In this document: positions 20,914 to 31,852 of the stretch, one piece after another
How positions within the stretch are numbered: the stretch's first letter is position 1
How the letters are laid out: each line of letters starts with the position of its first letter
Position numbers and translations under genes: made by a program
IMG/VR virus record: IMGVR_UViG_3300032234_000392
Span: 32,001-96,000 of that record
Strand: one strand, 5' to 3'
From: a virus
Lineage: Duplodnaviria; Caudoviricetes
DNA length: 64,000 nucleotides
The notes under the pieces: generated by a model
What the model was told of the DNA's origin: nothing
Databases searched by the model: none
Seen by the model: the letters and a program-made list of their open reading frames with translations, nothing else

Positions 20914-22524
20914 TTATACCGTTGCTGCTATTTTTGCTTGGAAGTCGCTGAAACTAGTGCTTGCCGCTACGATTGATTGCAGTTCTGTGAGATTAATTAC
21001 TCTGCTACCACGCAATAGGAATGTCTGCCCAACATTTAAATCGTTTTCTACATTAACATCTGAACTGAATATTGCTGAAGGAGTTATAGTAATATTCGAA
21101 CTGTCCGGTGAATCAATTAAACTGGTAAACAATCTTACAGCAGTGATGTCATTTTCTACAGTGACATCGCTGCTAAAAATTGTCAACGGAGTTATTGTAA
21201 TTGCTGACGAATCTGCCGAATCAATTAGGTTAGTAAATATATTTCCAGTAACTGTTCCAGTTAAGTTTCCGCTAAATGATGGTGCAGTTAAGGTGTTGGT
21301 ATCTGTTCTATATGACAAATCAACATCTGCTCTAACAGTTTGACCAGTAGTTCTATTCTCAACAAATGTTGGATAAAACACAGTTGTTAGTCCGTTGGTA
21401 TTTGTAATATTTAATGTAGACGAAACTGTTGCCGAGCTAGCATTACCAGTAACATTACCTGTCACGTTTCCTGTTAAATTGCCAAAAAATTCTGCATATA
21501 CTTTGTTTTCTACGGCATCAACAATCTTAGTTGAATTGTCTCCAAACACGCTACCTTTAATATCATGTTCTGGATTTACAGCTATAGTTAAAGTATCTGT
21601 ACCAGTAACTTTACTCAAACTGATAGCATAACCGCTGTTAATATTCAATGTATCACTAACAGAATCAGCTACAAGTCTGTTGGCAACATCGCCATCAACT
21701 TGAACTACTGCAAAAGAATTCTGTGCAGGCGCAGCATTGGTAACTTGAAATTCGCCAGTGGCCACATCGACCGACACAGTAATACCAAGACCTGCAGTAA
21801 CTGAAATTACTCCAGTGTTAGTGATTCTTAAATTATCACCAGTAGTGCCGCTGATATTAATACCTGTGCCTGCACTTCTGCCTAAAGGTAATGCAGTGGT
21901 ACTTTGTAGACTACGGACACCAGTATTAGAAACAGTAGCAGCACCGCTGACTGTAGACACACTTATTCCATTTCCCGCAGCTACACTTAATATACCAGTA
22001 TTGTCAATTTCAATACTATCGCTACCGGAATTGACTGCAAGACTAATACCAGAACCAGACATTAGATTTACAGTACTACCAAACTCAGTAGCCTCTACAC
22101 TAAGATTGTTATCAACCTGAATAGTTTTAAAGAATGTTTTGTTAGGATCGATAATCAAACTGGTGCCGATTCCTGTAAGTGGATCTCCGCCTATAGTTGA
22201 ACCAGCTGGAAGATTTACTGCAAATCCGATACCTTTAATCTGTGCATTGCCTAAGAACACACCGTTAGTTGGATTAGACAGAGTATGTTCGCCGGTATAT
22301 ACTGACTTCCATCGATTTGTAATACTTCCTAGACTGCGTAAATTATTTGTGGTTGGGGTAACATCAGTATCCAATGATGAAAAATCTATAGGAGTTAGTC
22401 CTGATCCATCACCTACTGTAGCCACCAATATATCAAAATTTTCATTGACCTTGATAAATGCTTCTTGAACTTCACTCCACAGTAAGGGAGGACTGCCTGG
22501 TGTAATATTTGAATTAAATGACAT
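20914..22524 (-). CDS. Tail fibre protein
   Basis: NTGV.S..AG.GI repeats and GNLTGNVTG repeats; AFIKVNENF N-terminal motif. Confidence 0.7.
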   Translation of the reverse strand: MSFNSNITPGSPPLLWSEVQEAFIKVNENFDILVATVGDGSGLTPIDFSSLDTDVTPTTNNLRSLGSITNRWKSVYTGEHTLSNPTNGVFLGNAQIKGIGFAVNLPAGSTIGGDPLTGIGTSLIIDPNKTFFKTIQVDNNLSVEATEFGSTVNLMSGSGISLAVNSGSDSIEIDNTGILSVAAGNGISVSTVSGAATVSNTGVRSLQSTTALPLGRSAGTGINISGTTGDNLRITNTGVISVTAGLGITVSVDVATGEFQVTNAAPAQNSFAVVQVDGDVANRLVADSVSDTLNINSGYAISLSKVTGTDTLTIAVNPEHDIKGSVFGDNSTKIVDAVENKVYAEFFGNLTGNVTGNVTGNASSATVSSTLNITNTNGLTTVFYPTFVENRTTGQTVRADVDLSYRTDTNTLTAPSFSGNLTGTVTGNIFTNLIDSADSSAITITPLTIFSSDVTVENDITAVRLFTSLIDSPDSSNITITPSAIFSSDVNVENDLNVGQTFLLRGSRVINLTELQSIVAASTSFSDFQAKIAATV

Positions 22525-25500
22525 TATGTTCTCCCTACCGCTATTTCAATTGTACCAATATGATCATTGTCGTAGTCTACTAGTGCTTTACCTACCACAG
22601 TTCCAACTTTGATGTCGTTACCTCCTGCTACTGCAACGCCTGGAATCCGTGATGTCACAAGCATCTCTCCTTTTGATATTTTTCCTACTACTCGACAAGG
22701 CACACGACCCTGTAGAGCTACAAGATTTTTAAGTCCTGGGCAACCTTCATACATGGCAAACGCAGCAGTGTTTGAAACAACACCCGCCACACGATTATCG
22801 CCTTGAATATTAGTTGTAGTAACTTCTTTGTCTCCACCGAATACCAACACAGTACCTACTTCGTATTCTTTATCGCCTTCGTAGTATTCTGCCAAGTCAG
22901 CGGAATAGGTTGCTTGCAATCTTGATTCGTTCGGTGATGTACCAGATAGCGTCCAGCGTCCTGTAATAGTACCTGCTGTGGTATTACCGCCTGTGGTCAA
23001 TGTTTGTGTCTGTACTGAAGTAGCTGTGACTGTAGAGCATGTTATTGGAGCATTAGACACACCGTTCTGTGTTTTAAATTCGTGTAGATCGTTCCAGTAC
23101 GCAGTTTTATTATCTGTAGGCAATGTTCCAGTTTGAATTAATACTCCGCCAGCTGTGTTAAATCCATAGAATCTATTATATCCGCCTGTTGCAAAAGATA
23201 ATGTATCTATGGCTAAGTTATTGTCAATTTTAATACTTTGTAAATCTGCAGTTCTTCCGCCAAAGTCACCAAAACTGTCTCTAATAATAATTTCACTAGC
23301 ACCTACAGTAGACGACGATCCCGCAGATCCTGCAACCACAGTGTAGTCACCGTCAGCACTAGAACTGATTGAGGATGTTCTTCTTAAGAAACCCACACTT
23401 GAATATTGTGATTTCTTTACAGCACCACCATCATCTACAACAGTTGTAAATGGTACAGCACTGACATTGGCAGTAGATAGTGTTGAATTACCTAAAACAG
23501 TTTTAGTAGCTATTTGTTGTAATTCGCCTAACGTAGTACCGTTATCTTTAAGTGTGACCCACCCGTTAACGACATCAAATCTTGCACTATCAAAGCTAGC
23601 CAATCCTCGGTCTGCCTGAGTAATTCCTGTAGCATCAGCTCTGGTAGTTGCTGCATTCATAGCCAGTTTACTCTGTGCTATAGCTGCAGCGGCATTAACG
23701 TCTGTATTGACAATTATTCCAGGTACCAGTTGAACATCAACCTGATTCAATGATGAGTCAACCCCTGTTCGTAATTCAAAGGTTACATCACCTATAACTT
23801 TAGCACTTACAGAATCATCACCACTTCCAGTAAACACAAGAATGTCAGCAGCATTCTTAGAGCCAGTAAAGTCCTGGAAGTTACTCCATGTTAGACTTCT
23901 TAGATTTACAGCATCTTGCGGATTAGTTGGATCTGCAAGTTGAATAATTGTATTCTGCCCTAGATCCATTGGAGCCTTCATGGCTAACTGACCGTCTAGA
24001 GACATAAATCCGCCTGTGACTAACGGAATAAGTTCTCCTGCAGGAACCAACGAGCCAGAATGGGTAATACCTAATCTACGTTCGATATATTTGCGTATGG
24101 CATTTTCTGTAGGTACAGTATCAACTGCGTTGTCTGTGAATGCACTATCTGTAGAAAATTCTGCTATTGGTACACCACGTTTAAAACCAATACCGTCTAG
24201 ATTACTTAAAGCAATTGACGCTGAGAACGTGACAGTACCAGTACCTTGGTCAACTTTGAAGAAAGGTCCAACTTTAAAATTACCAAATTGATCAGTGGTC
24301 ACATAGAAACAACGACCTACGTCTCTTTCTATTACCTCGCCTTCTTCATTAAGTGCATTTACCGACGGTCCATAAATTTCTTTTGGATAGTTAGTATCTG
24401 CATATGAACCAGTACCGATTTCAAGTAAGTCATGCCCTGTGACACGAGTCAACGCAATACGGATAGTTAGTGTGCCCAACGCACCGCTAACCCTGATAGG
24501 TACAGCAGATTTAATTGTATAACTTGTTTCAAATTGATTTAATGCATCTTCTAGAGGTCTATCAAGTGTGATTCTAGCATAGGTGTCTAAAGTTACAGCT
24601 TCACTTTCATAATTGCTAATTATGTATTCTTTGCCCAAGAACACAAACTTGCTACCTCCAATTCGAGATATCTCTTGTGCGCCAAGACCGACTACAGCAA
24701 CAGAAGTATCACCTACACCACCTGTGACTATTCCTACAGTCTGCACTCCACTTTGTGAACCACTTGTGTCTACTGCTGTTCCGCCCGGAGATTCACTAAA
24801 TCGGAAACTGTTTAGACCTAGGCCTGTGGATATGACAAAATATCTTGTTAACGCTGATATACCAGTAGGTAGACTGCCACCAGGGCTGGTAGTAAATTTT
24901 ATAACATCCCCAGCTACAAATCCGTGACTGTTTCGAGTTACTACTGCAGGTGATGCAATGCTAATGGTGCAGGTAGCTGCTGATCCGCTACGATACTCTC
25001 CTGGATTTGACACAGTTAAATCTATGTAGTTGTAGTTTTCACGTAGATTGGTCAGTGTTAGTCCTGCAATATTATATCGATGCGTACCACTACCGGCAGT
25101 AGTTATAGATACTGCGTTGCCTCCTTTGATTTCGCTAACAGAAAATTCAGTTTCTGAAAGATTTTCAGCAAGTACAAAATATGTAAATTCTGGGTTTAAC
25201 GGAGCAGGCAATGTACCTGTAGTAAAGAAATCTATGGTAAAACTTTCTTGTAGTCTATGAGTCTTAACCCCTTTAATAGTTAAGCCAGTGCCATTGCTTA
25301 ATGTTGGTGATACTCCTCCAGGACTTAAAGAAACTCTAAATTGATTGTATTCTGGAACTGCAGTAATATAGTAAATAGTACCAGAAATAAATCCGTTAGC
25401 AGTGCTAGTAGGAATAAATTGATCCCCCACTACCAATTTGTGATTTTGGCTAGTTGTACATAGGTTAGTAGCAATACTGGTTATTGTGGCCAATACTTTA

Positions 25501-28500
25501 AAGATGGTTGGCGTGGCAGTGTTTGCTAGAATTTCATAAGGTCCGTTAGTATCTGTGGTAGCAGTAAATTGCAGTACACGATATACTACGTCTAGAGTTT
25601 CCCGTAATTTTAAACCAGTTGACGGTCTTACTGCTACGTTTTCTAATGCCCCTGTAAGCAGTATTTGACCGTTGCTGCGTAGAGTCATTATTGTATCGTT
25701 TGGTACGATTGCAAATAATCCGTCGCCCCCGCCAGAGCCTGTACCAGCACCTAGATTGAGTCTTGCCACTCCTGGTACTATGTCATCTAACGCCACAGAA
25801 GTCACTGGATATCGATAAATTTCACCGCTATGATTAATTTCTAATTCTGAACCACCTAACGGTACATAATTATATTTGTAGACAAATATTGACAATCCGT
25901 TTACTACGTTTTCGTATGTCGAATTTGGAAAATAACATCTAACACCTTGACTGAGGTCTTCATACAATTCAGTTGGAGTAGGAACTTCTAGTGGATCGGC
26001 TCCCTCAGCTACCAATGCAAAATTACCATGAGCATTTGATCCTGATACTGATCGAATCTGTCCACCATTGATAGAATAATAAGCAATGTGACAGTAGTAG
26101 GTAAACATAGAAACTAGTTCTATCAGTCCACCATTTTGTGCTACGGCTCCGTATCCTAGGTCATTGATTTGTGTAAAGTCGTTGGCCAGCAATGATCTAT
26201 TTCCTGGCATTAACAGTTCATATCTATTACCATTAAAGTCTACATACTCAACTACTGCTGTTTGAATAGAAGTTTTATTAATCTGTACTAGATCTCTAGC
26301 TGCAATATTGTTGGCTGCATATCCGCTAGTACCTGGTAGAGACAATGTTATAGCTGCTTGAGCTGCAACATAATTTCCTGCTGAAATAGCACTAGCTACT
26401 GCTGTCATTAGGCTGTTAATTCTTGCAGCTTCAGTGGCAGTGGCTGCTGTGCCAGTGACTCGCGACAAAGAAGAATAGCTAACAACAGGCGCTAAATTCT
26501 GCACCACTCGCTGAGCAACAGTGCTAGCATAGGCTACAGCGGCTGCACAACGAGCCGGTTGCCCAGATAGCAATAATAATTCTCCTGTAAGATTATTATA
26601 ATATTTTAATGCAGCGTGTCTTGAAGCAGAGTTCCCACCATAGATTAAATCAAAAATAACAGATTCTAGAACTAGTCTAGTATCTCGTTGAGATTTAGTT
26701 GAATTGAAAGTATCACCAGTAGCCCAGGGACTAATATTTCCTGAAATCTGAGCAGCTATCCAACCTGCTACTTCAGCAACAATATAATTTCTATTGGCCA
26801 TCAGTAGGTTGTATGCACTAGTTATATTGACAGAAACACCTGGAGGCAGAGTGAATGTTAATGTTGGCGCTGCTGCTGCACCTCTATTAATTATCTCTGC
26901 AATCGTAGCATTACTAGCATCTACAATAGGTTGAATGGTAGGATAAGCACTAAGTTTATCATTTACTAGTTCATGAGCTAGTGAAATAGCTTCTAAAGTA
27001 ATAACTCTTTGATCTTCAATAACCGGAGCTGATTGACTCATACGGTAAGTTAATCCGTTTTGTCTAGTCCAGTAGTTAGTACCAAATACAATATCAAAAC
27101 TTAGACCATCAAGAATCAAACCTACATCTCTAAAACAGGCATCGTCGTTATAGACAAATACTGGAAACGGCCAGGGTGTAGTTTCATCTAAAATAAATGT
27201 AGCGGAAGATCCATCTTTATCGTAGATAAAATCTCTTACATAGTTGATTCGATATACACCATCTCCCACAATAAATGAACATGGTAATAACGGAAAGCGG
27301 TCAAGGTCACTAACTTCTAATCTTGTAGGATTAATTACTGCATCTATGTTAAATTCTAAATTACCAGCAAATCCGTCAACAAACATACCGCCGGCAAATA
27401 CCTGTCGATCCTTACTTCTTGAAAAGCTAGCACACTCTTGAAAGTACGGTGACTTAGCAAGTATTTGTGCTGTTGGATCAAGTACTCCCATAAATCCGCC
27501 ATGCCCTTGTGCAGTAAGAGCCTGCCAACGCACAGCATCGCCTGCTAAGAAAACGTCCATCTCTTGATTTTCTTTAGGATAGTTTACACTACCTGAACCA
27601 TCAATTACATCTTTTAAAGCCGCAAGTAAGTCTGTAATTACTGCATCTGCTCCGGGTTCTGAAGTATAAGCCGGATCTCGTACCTGCGGAAACAGAGACT
27701 GTTTTGGTCCCACAACTAACGTGTTATCAATAACAGCCTGCATTAGTGTTTCAAGATAGGTCAATACCGCAAGATACTGTGATAGCTGAGTAGTGATTGC
27801 TATTCTTGCACTGACACTTTCATAATATTTTAAACCGGCACTGATAGTTCTATTATATTCACCATATTTTAAATCGAATATAAATGCATCAGCTAATTGT
27901 CCTACATCTCTTTTGCATAGTGCTTGATTATATTCAAAAGTTGGTCCGAATGGTGCTATAGTATTTGTGATATTAAAATTCATCCAAGCAATAATTTCTT
28001 CTTGCAGGAATGATCTGTTTAATTCTAAAAGTGATGCGGCAGCGCGATAACCGCCTTTGTTCTGTATCTTAGGATAAACTGGTTGACTAGGATCTTGCAA
28101 ATAGTGATATGCGAACGGAGTTGTGGCATCTGTAGCCGGTATACCGTCTATTATAAGATCTCTACGGAATTTTTGAAACGCCCAAGGTGAACTAGAAGTT
28201 CCTGGTTTAGGTCTAAAAATAACTCGACGGAATTCATCACCAACAATAGAACAGTTATCGGGTACCTTTAGTGGATAATTTTCATAATATTCTCCCGATT
28301 CAACCAAAATACTGATCTGAATATTTTTTGCAACATCGCCATAGGAAAGAACTTCGCCGATTTCGAATGTACCAAACTTAATATCGACATCGAATATTTC
28401 TCTACCTTCGCTATCTAATGCTCCACTGTGAGCTAAAATTTGAGCCAGTGCTCCTGAATTTTCTCCACGCAAGAACAAGCCTTCTCGAATATCTCTGCCT

Positions 28501-29966
28501 CTTATAGATTCTGGAGTAGTTGTAAGAACATCACCTGTAAAGTCTGTACGGAATCCTTCAGTTTTAATTAAAAATCTTGGTAAATCTACTTCTAGGGTAG
28601 GAAACGAGGTAAACCCAGATCCTCGATCTGTTAAGGTAATGCCTGTGATCACTCCAGCTTCTGCTACAGCTGTACCAAAAGCTCCTGATCCGCCTCCACC
28701 CGAAATACGTACAGATACTAAAGTATAACCTGTTCCGCCATTAACAATTGACACAGAATTAATATTATAGGTTATATTAAATGTTGCTCCGACACCGATT
28801 GCACCTATTCCTGTAGGAGCACCAGATGATACTATTACAGTAGGTACTGCAGTTGCACCGGGTAATGTAGTATACGAACCAGACGAAATTATCCTAAAGG
28901 TTAAAATTCCTCCCGGGGTGCCTTGGGTTGACAAAACTTCAATTGTTGCATTAGCTGGAGCGACTCCAAATCCGCCTTGTAAACTTAAAATATCACCAGG
29001 ATAATAATTAGTACCAAGAGAATTAAGGGTGATGGTATCCACACTCATTCTTAATGCGCCTACAAATCCTGTTCCTGATGTAGGAGATGGGTCAACAGTT
29101 TCTAGGGTACATTCACGGGTACCGTTGTTATAGGTCAATACTTTTTTGTAAGGACCAATTTGTACTGGAGCTTCTAATACTAATTCTTCAGCACGTTTTA
29201 GTGCTGCTTCAAGTGTTCGATAAGCATAGGCCAATGCACGACCTTGTAGTACTTTCGATACTCCCGGACGATCATCAGCACCAGAAGTAGCCACGTAAAG
29301 ATTAACTGTAGATCCAAAACTCGAACTATCAACATACCTTTTAGTTGCAGCAATCAATCCACCGTAGGTTTCGTCGTCGTCTGGTTCAGGATCTCGAGAT
29401 AAAATTAAAGGCCCACTCATTCTTCCAAATGATTGATCGGGATTACCGGTTTCTGGATTGATAGCATTAACACCAGCACGAGAAATTTTACTGTCTGCAT
29501 ACGCCTTGTTAACTAATTCGTGTCTAAAAATTGGCAGTAGAGGTTCATTTGTAGTTCCAGAATCGATAACTCTAAATTGTTCCCCGCCTGATCGCAAAGA
29601 AAGATCGCCACCAAGTCTTGGAGTTGGGTCAGCTGAAATTGCTGCAAATTCTGCATTAATAGTAATTTCGTTAGGATTGGAGGTGAAATCGATACTGATT
29701 CCATTACCTGGAATTAGTTGTTTAAATGCTAGACCAGATTCTGTATTATTAACAGTTACAACTGGAGTTCCACCTGTGGTAGGATCGTTTTGACCTACAT
29801 AGCTGTCAGGAGTGTCATCTAGACCGATAAATTTTAATCTTTCTCCTAGCCCTAAAGAGCTGTATAGCTCTCGAAAATTATCGTTTACTTTTCTAAACGA
29901 ATCGCGAATACTATCGCCTGTGCCGTCGTTACCTATTGTACCGATGTCAATTTGTTTTCTTGCCAT
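22524..29966 (-). CDS. 2480-aa giant tail fibre/spike with C-terminal autocleaving-chaperone-like domain
   Basis: gp9/gp10-like N-terminus; GGxGY repeats; C-terminal ADLAEYY...VAGVVS...ALQGRVPCRV..KGEMLVTS (peptidase G2/IMC-like). Confidence 0.8.
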   Translation of the reverse strand: MARKQIDIGTIGNDGTGDSIRDSFRKVNDNFRELYSSLGLGERLKFIGLDDTPDSYVGQNDPTTGGTPVVTVNNTESGLAFKQLIPGNGISIDFTSNPNEITINAEFAAISADPTPRLGGDLSLRSGGEQFRVIDSGTTNEPLLPIFRHELVNKAYADSKISRAGVNAINPETGNPDQSFGRMSGPLILSRDPEPDDDETYGGLIAATKRYVDSSSFGSTVNLYVATSGADDRPGVSKVLQGRALAYAYRTLEAALKRAEELVLEAPVQIGPYKKVLTYNNGTRECTLETVDPSPTSGTGFVGALRMSVDTITLNSLGTNYYPGDILSLQGGFGVAPANATIEVLSTQGTPGGILTFRIISSGSYTTLPGATAVPTVIVSSGAPTGIGAIGVGATFNITYNINSVSIVNGGTGYTLVSVRISGGGGSGAFGTAVAEAGVITGITLTDRGSGFTSFPTLEVDLPRFLIKTEGFRTDFTGDVLTTTPESIRGRDIREGLFLRGENSGALAQILAHSGALDSEGREIFDVDIKFGTFEIGEVLSYGDVAKNIQISILVESGEYYENYPLKVPDNCSIVGDEFRRVIFRPKPGTSSSPWAFQKFRRDLIIDGIPATDATTPFAYHYLQDPSQPVYPKIQNKGGYRAAASLLELNRSFLQEEIIAWMNFNITNTIAPFGPTFEYNQALCKRDVGQLADAFIFDLKYGEYNRTISAGLKYYESVSARIAITTQLSQYLAVLTYLETLMQAVIDNTLVVGPKQSLFPQVRDPAYTSEPGADAVITDLLAALKDVIDGSGSVNYPKENQEMDVFLAGDAVRWQALTAQGHGGFMGVLDPTAQILAKSPYFQECASFSRSKDRQVFAGGMFVDGFAGNLEFNIDAVINPTRLEVSDLDRFPLLPCSFIVGDGVYRINYVRDFIYDKDGSSATFILDETTPWPFPVFVYNDDACFRDVGLILDGLSFDIVFGTNYWTRQNGLTYRMSQSAPVIEDQRVITLEAISLAHELVNDKLSAYPTIQPIVDASNATIAEIINRGAAAAPTLTFTLPPGVSVNITSAYNLLMANRNYIVAEVAGWIAAQISGNISPWATGDTFNSTKSQRDTRLVLESVIFDLIYGGNSASRHAALKYYNNLTGELLLLSGQPARCAAAVAYASTVAQRVVQNLAPVVSYSSLSRVTGTAATATEAARINSLMTAVASAISAGNYVAAQAAITLSLPGTSGYAANNIAARDLVQINKTSIQTAVVEYVDFNGNRYELLMPGNRSLLANDFTQINDLGYGAVAQNGGLIELVSMFTYYCHIAYYSINGGQIRSVSGSNAHGNFALVAEGADPLEVPTPTELYEDLSQGVRCYFPNSTYENVVNGLSIFVYKYNYVPLGGSELEINHSGEIYRYPVTSVALDDIVPGVARLNLGAGTGSGGGDGLFAIVPNDTIMTLRSNGQILLTGALENVAVRPSTGLKLRETLDVVYRVLQFTATTDTNGPYEILANTATPTIFKVLATITSIATNLCTTSQNHKLVVGDQFIPTSTANGFISGTIYYITAVPEYNQFRVSLSPGGVSPTLSNGTGLTIKGVKTHRLQESFTIDFFTTGTLPAPLNPEFTYFVLAENLSETEFSVSEIKGGNAVSITTAGSGTHRYNIAGLTLTNLRENYNYIDLTVSNPGEYRSGSAATCTISIASPAVVTRNSHGFVAGDVIKFTTSPGGSLPTGISALTRYFVISTGLGLNSFRFSESPGGTAVDTSGSQSGVQTVGIVTGGVGDTSVAVVGLGAQEISRIGGSKFVFLGKEYIISNYESEAVTLDTYARITLDRPLEDALNQFETSYTIKSAVPIRVSGALGTLTIRIALTRVTGHDLLEIGTGSYADTNYPKEIYGPSVNALNEEGEVIERDVGRCFYVTTDQFGNFKVGPFFKVDQGTGTVTFSASIALSNLDGIGFKRGVPIAEFSTDSAFTDNAVDTVPTENAIRKYIERRLGITHSGSLVPAGELIPLVTGGFMSLDGQLAMKAPMDLGQNTIIQLADPTNPQDAVNLRSLTWSNFQDFTGSKNAADILVFTGSGDDSVSAKVIGDVTFELRTGVDSSLNQVDVQLVPGIIVNTDVNAAAAIAQSKLAMNAATTRADATGITQADRGLASFDSARFDVVNGWVTLKDNGTTLGELQQIATKTVLGNSTLSTANVSAVPFTTVVDDGGAVKKSQYSSVGFLRRTSSISSSADGDYTVVAGSAGSSSTVGASEIIIRDSFGDFGGRTADLQSIKIDNNLAIDTLSFATGGYNRFYGFNTAGGVLIQTGTLPTDNKTAYWNDLHEFKTQNGVSNAPITCSTVTATSVQTQTLTTGGNTTAGTITGRWTLSGTSPNESRLQATYSADLAEYYEGDKEYEVGTVLVFGGDKEVTTTNIQGDNRVAGVVSNTAAFAMYEGCPGLKNLVALQGRVPCRVVGKISKGEMLVTSRIPGVAVAGGNDIKVGTVVGKALVDYDNDHIGTIEIAVGRT

Positions 29967-30037
29967 GTTTTAATCCTAGAATGAGCAATTGCTCTAGTAT
30001 TTAGCCCAATATTTTAAAAGCCGGATGTAAATACGTT

Positions 30038-30325
30038 ATGTTCTTAAAAACAGAAACACAAGAAAATCAATACCTAAGACACAGTAAATGCGGTGTGGCT
30101 CACAGTTTTAGTAGAAAAAAAACTGTGGCAGTATTTTTATGCGACAACTGTGATCAAGAGTTTTCTAGAGATCTAAAACATATGGACCGTAAAAGATTAA
30201 GCAACAATTACTTTCATTGTTGCGCTGGCTGCGATCCTAAACGATTTGCTCAACGTAAAGGAGTCGAACAGAAAAAGATATGGGATATGCCTGCTAGTAC
30301 AGAATTACCAGTGGGTAAGTTTTAA
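30038..30325 (+). CDS. Small Cys-rich (zinc-binding) protein
   Basis: CDNC and HCCAGC motifs; TAAATA 4 nt upstream of ATG. Confidence 0.7.
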   Translation: MFLKTETQENQYLRHSKCGVAHSFSRKKTVAVFLCDNCDQEFSRDLKHMDRKRLSNNYFHCCAGCDPKRFAQRKGVEQKKIWDMPASTELPVGKF

Positions 30326-30642
30326 ACTCTAAAACTTTCGCCGCAGCCGCAGCGGTCTTTTTCCTGTGGATTTTTAAAATCAAACCCTTCATTAAGGCCC
30401 TGTTTAATCCAATCCATTTCTACACCTTCAACATAGGCCAGACTTTTTGGATCTACAAAAACATGTACCCCATAGCTAACAAAGCTCATGTCTTCAATAG
30501 CAGGCTGATCTACGTATTCTATAACGTAAGCAAGTCCTGAGCAACCGGTGGTTTTTACACCAACTCTGATGCCCAATCCTTTGCCTCTACGCTCTAGATT
30601 AGTTTTAACCTTTTCTGCAGCTAGTTTAGTTAGTAGTATCAT
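30322..30642 (-). CDS. iscA: Fe-S cluster assembly A-type carrier IscA
   Basis: TGCSGLAY and RCGCGESF motifs. Confidence 0.95.
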   Translation of the reverse strand: MILLTKLAAEKVKTNLERRGKGLGIRVGVKTTGCSGLAYVIEYVDQPAIEDMSFVSYGVHVFVDPKSLAYVEGVEMDWIKQGLNEGFDFKNPQEKDRCGCGESFRV

Positions 30643-31012
30643 GTTTGGCTCTATAGTCTGCTATCGCTGCCTGAATTGCGTCTTCAGCAAGTATGCTGCA
30701 ATGGATCTTAACTGGCGGGAGAGCAAGTTCCTCTGCGATCTCAGAGTTCTTAATCGATCCTGCTTGCTCCAACGTTTTACCCTTGACCCACTCGGTAACG
30801 AGCGAGCTCGACGCAATAGCCGATCCGCAACCGTAAGTTTTAAATTTTGCATCTTGAATGATTCCGTCTTCAACACGTATTTGTAGCTTCATAACATCAC
30901 CGCAGGCAGGTGCTCCTACCATACCCGTGCCTACATTAACATCACCTGCGTCCATCTTGCCCACATTGCGGGGGTTTTCGTAGTGATCAATTACTTTATC
31001 AGAATATGCCAT
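30626..31012 (-). CDS. iscU: Fe-S cluster scaffold IscU
   Basis: [35 protein letters not shown]. Confidence 0.96.
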   Translation of the reverse strand: MAYSDKVIDHYENPRNVGKMDAGDVNVGTGMVGAPACGDVMKLQIRVEDGIIQDAKFKTYGCGSAIASSSLVTEWVKGKTLEQAGSIKNSEIAEELALPPVKIHCSILAEDAIQAAIADYRAKHDTTN

Positions 31013-31013
31013 A

Positions 31014-31571
31014 TTACACTCCTAGTCTAATATCTACAACATCCCAATTGATAATTCGCCAAATATTAGCAAGATACTTGGCTTTGTCCTGCTGATAATC
31101 TAAGGCCCAAGCATGTTCCCACCAATCTATCAGCAGTGCAATCTTCATCGATTTCTTATATTCGTGGTTAGGTATAACCTGTAGTTTACCTTCTGTGTCC
31201 ATGTAAACCCACCCGCTGCCCTGAATGCCCATAGCAGTCTTTTCTACCGCAGCTTTAAACTTATCAAAATCTCCATACTCTTGATCTATTACAGATTTAC
31301 TGAGCCCCGTGGGTTTATTAGCTGCTCTGGGTGGGGTAAGATTGGCAAACCAGATATTGTGCAGTACAGCACCGCCGTAGTTAAAATCGGGGTCACCCTC
31401 TCCTGCATTATATCGTTCGGAGTATTTGGCAGCAAGTCCGTCATAGTGATACTTGAGAGTATCTTCGCTCATTACAGGTGCAAGTTCGTCTTTACTAAAC
31501 GTAAGTTTTTCTTGGTAGATTTCTCTGCGATCTGCAGTTTCTGTTAGACTTTTAATAAAATGTAGTGCCAT
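31014..31571 (-). CDS. Fe/Mn superoxide dismutase-like protein
   Basis: LAPVMS..TL.YH, FNYGG..LH..W, GSGW, DWWEHAW; start reassigned to ATG 31571. Confidence 0.85.
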   Translation of the reverse strand: MALHFIKSLTETADRREIYQEKLTFSKDELAPVMSEDTLKYHYDGLAAKYSERYNAGEGDPDFNYGGAVLHNIWFANLTPPRAANKPTGLSKSVIDQEYGDFDKFKAAVEKTAMGIQGSGWVYMDTEGKLQVIPNHEYKKSMKIALLIDWWEHAWALDYQQDKAKYLANIWRIINWDVVDIRLGV

Positions 31572-31612
31572 ACTGTATTTACCGTATAAATAAACCACAA
31601 GGAGATTTAACC

Positions 31613-31852
31613 ATGTTAGGATTTATTAAAAAAATATTTGGCGGTAAAGTAGAAGAAGCGGCAGCTCCAGTACCATATAAAGTTGAAGCACCTGAAGCAC
31701 CTAAATCAACTTCGGTTGTAGAACAGGCTTCTGAGACTATGGTCAAATCTGTAGCCAAAGCTCCAGCTAAACAGGCTCCAAAGAAGCAAGCAGCACCTAA
31801 GAAACCAGCTGGTGCCAAGAAAGGTCCTCGTAAGCCAAAATCAAAGGCCTAA
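31613..31852 (+). CDS. Small Lys/Ala/Pro-rich protein
   Basis: AAGGAG SD and TATAAATA at 31585-31592; amphipathic N-terminus, basic tail. Confidence 0.75.
   Translation: MLGFIKKIFGGKVEEAAAPVPYKVEAPEAPKSTSVVEQASETMVKSVAKAPAKQAPKKQAAPKKPAGAKKGPRKPKSKA

Noticed and set aside
12902-29793. Many 60-150 aa plus-strand ORFs opposite the tail genes
   Set aside because: They are antisense shadows of long structural genes, with no SD/promoter or recognisable motifs.
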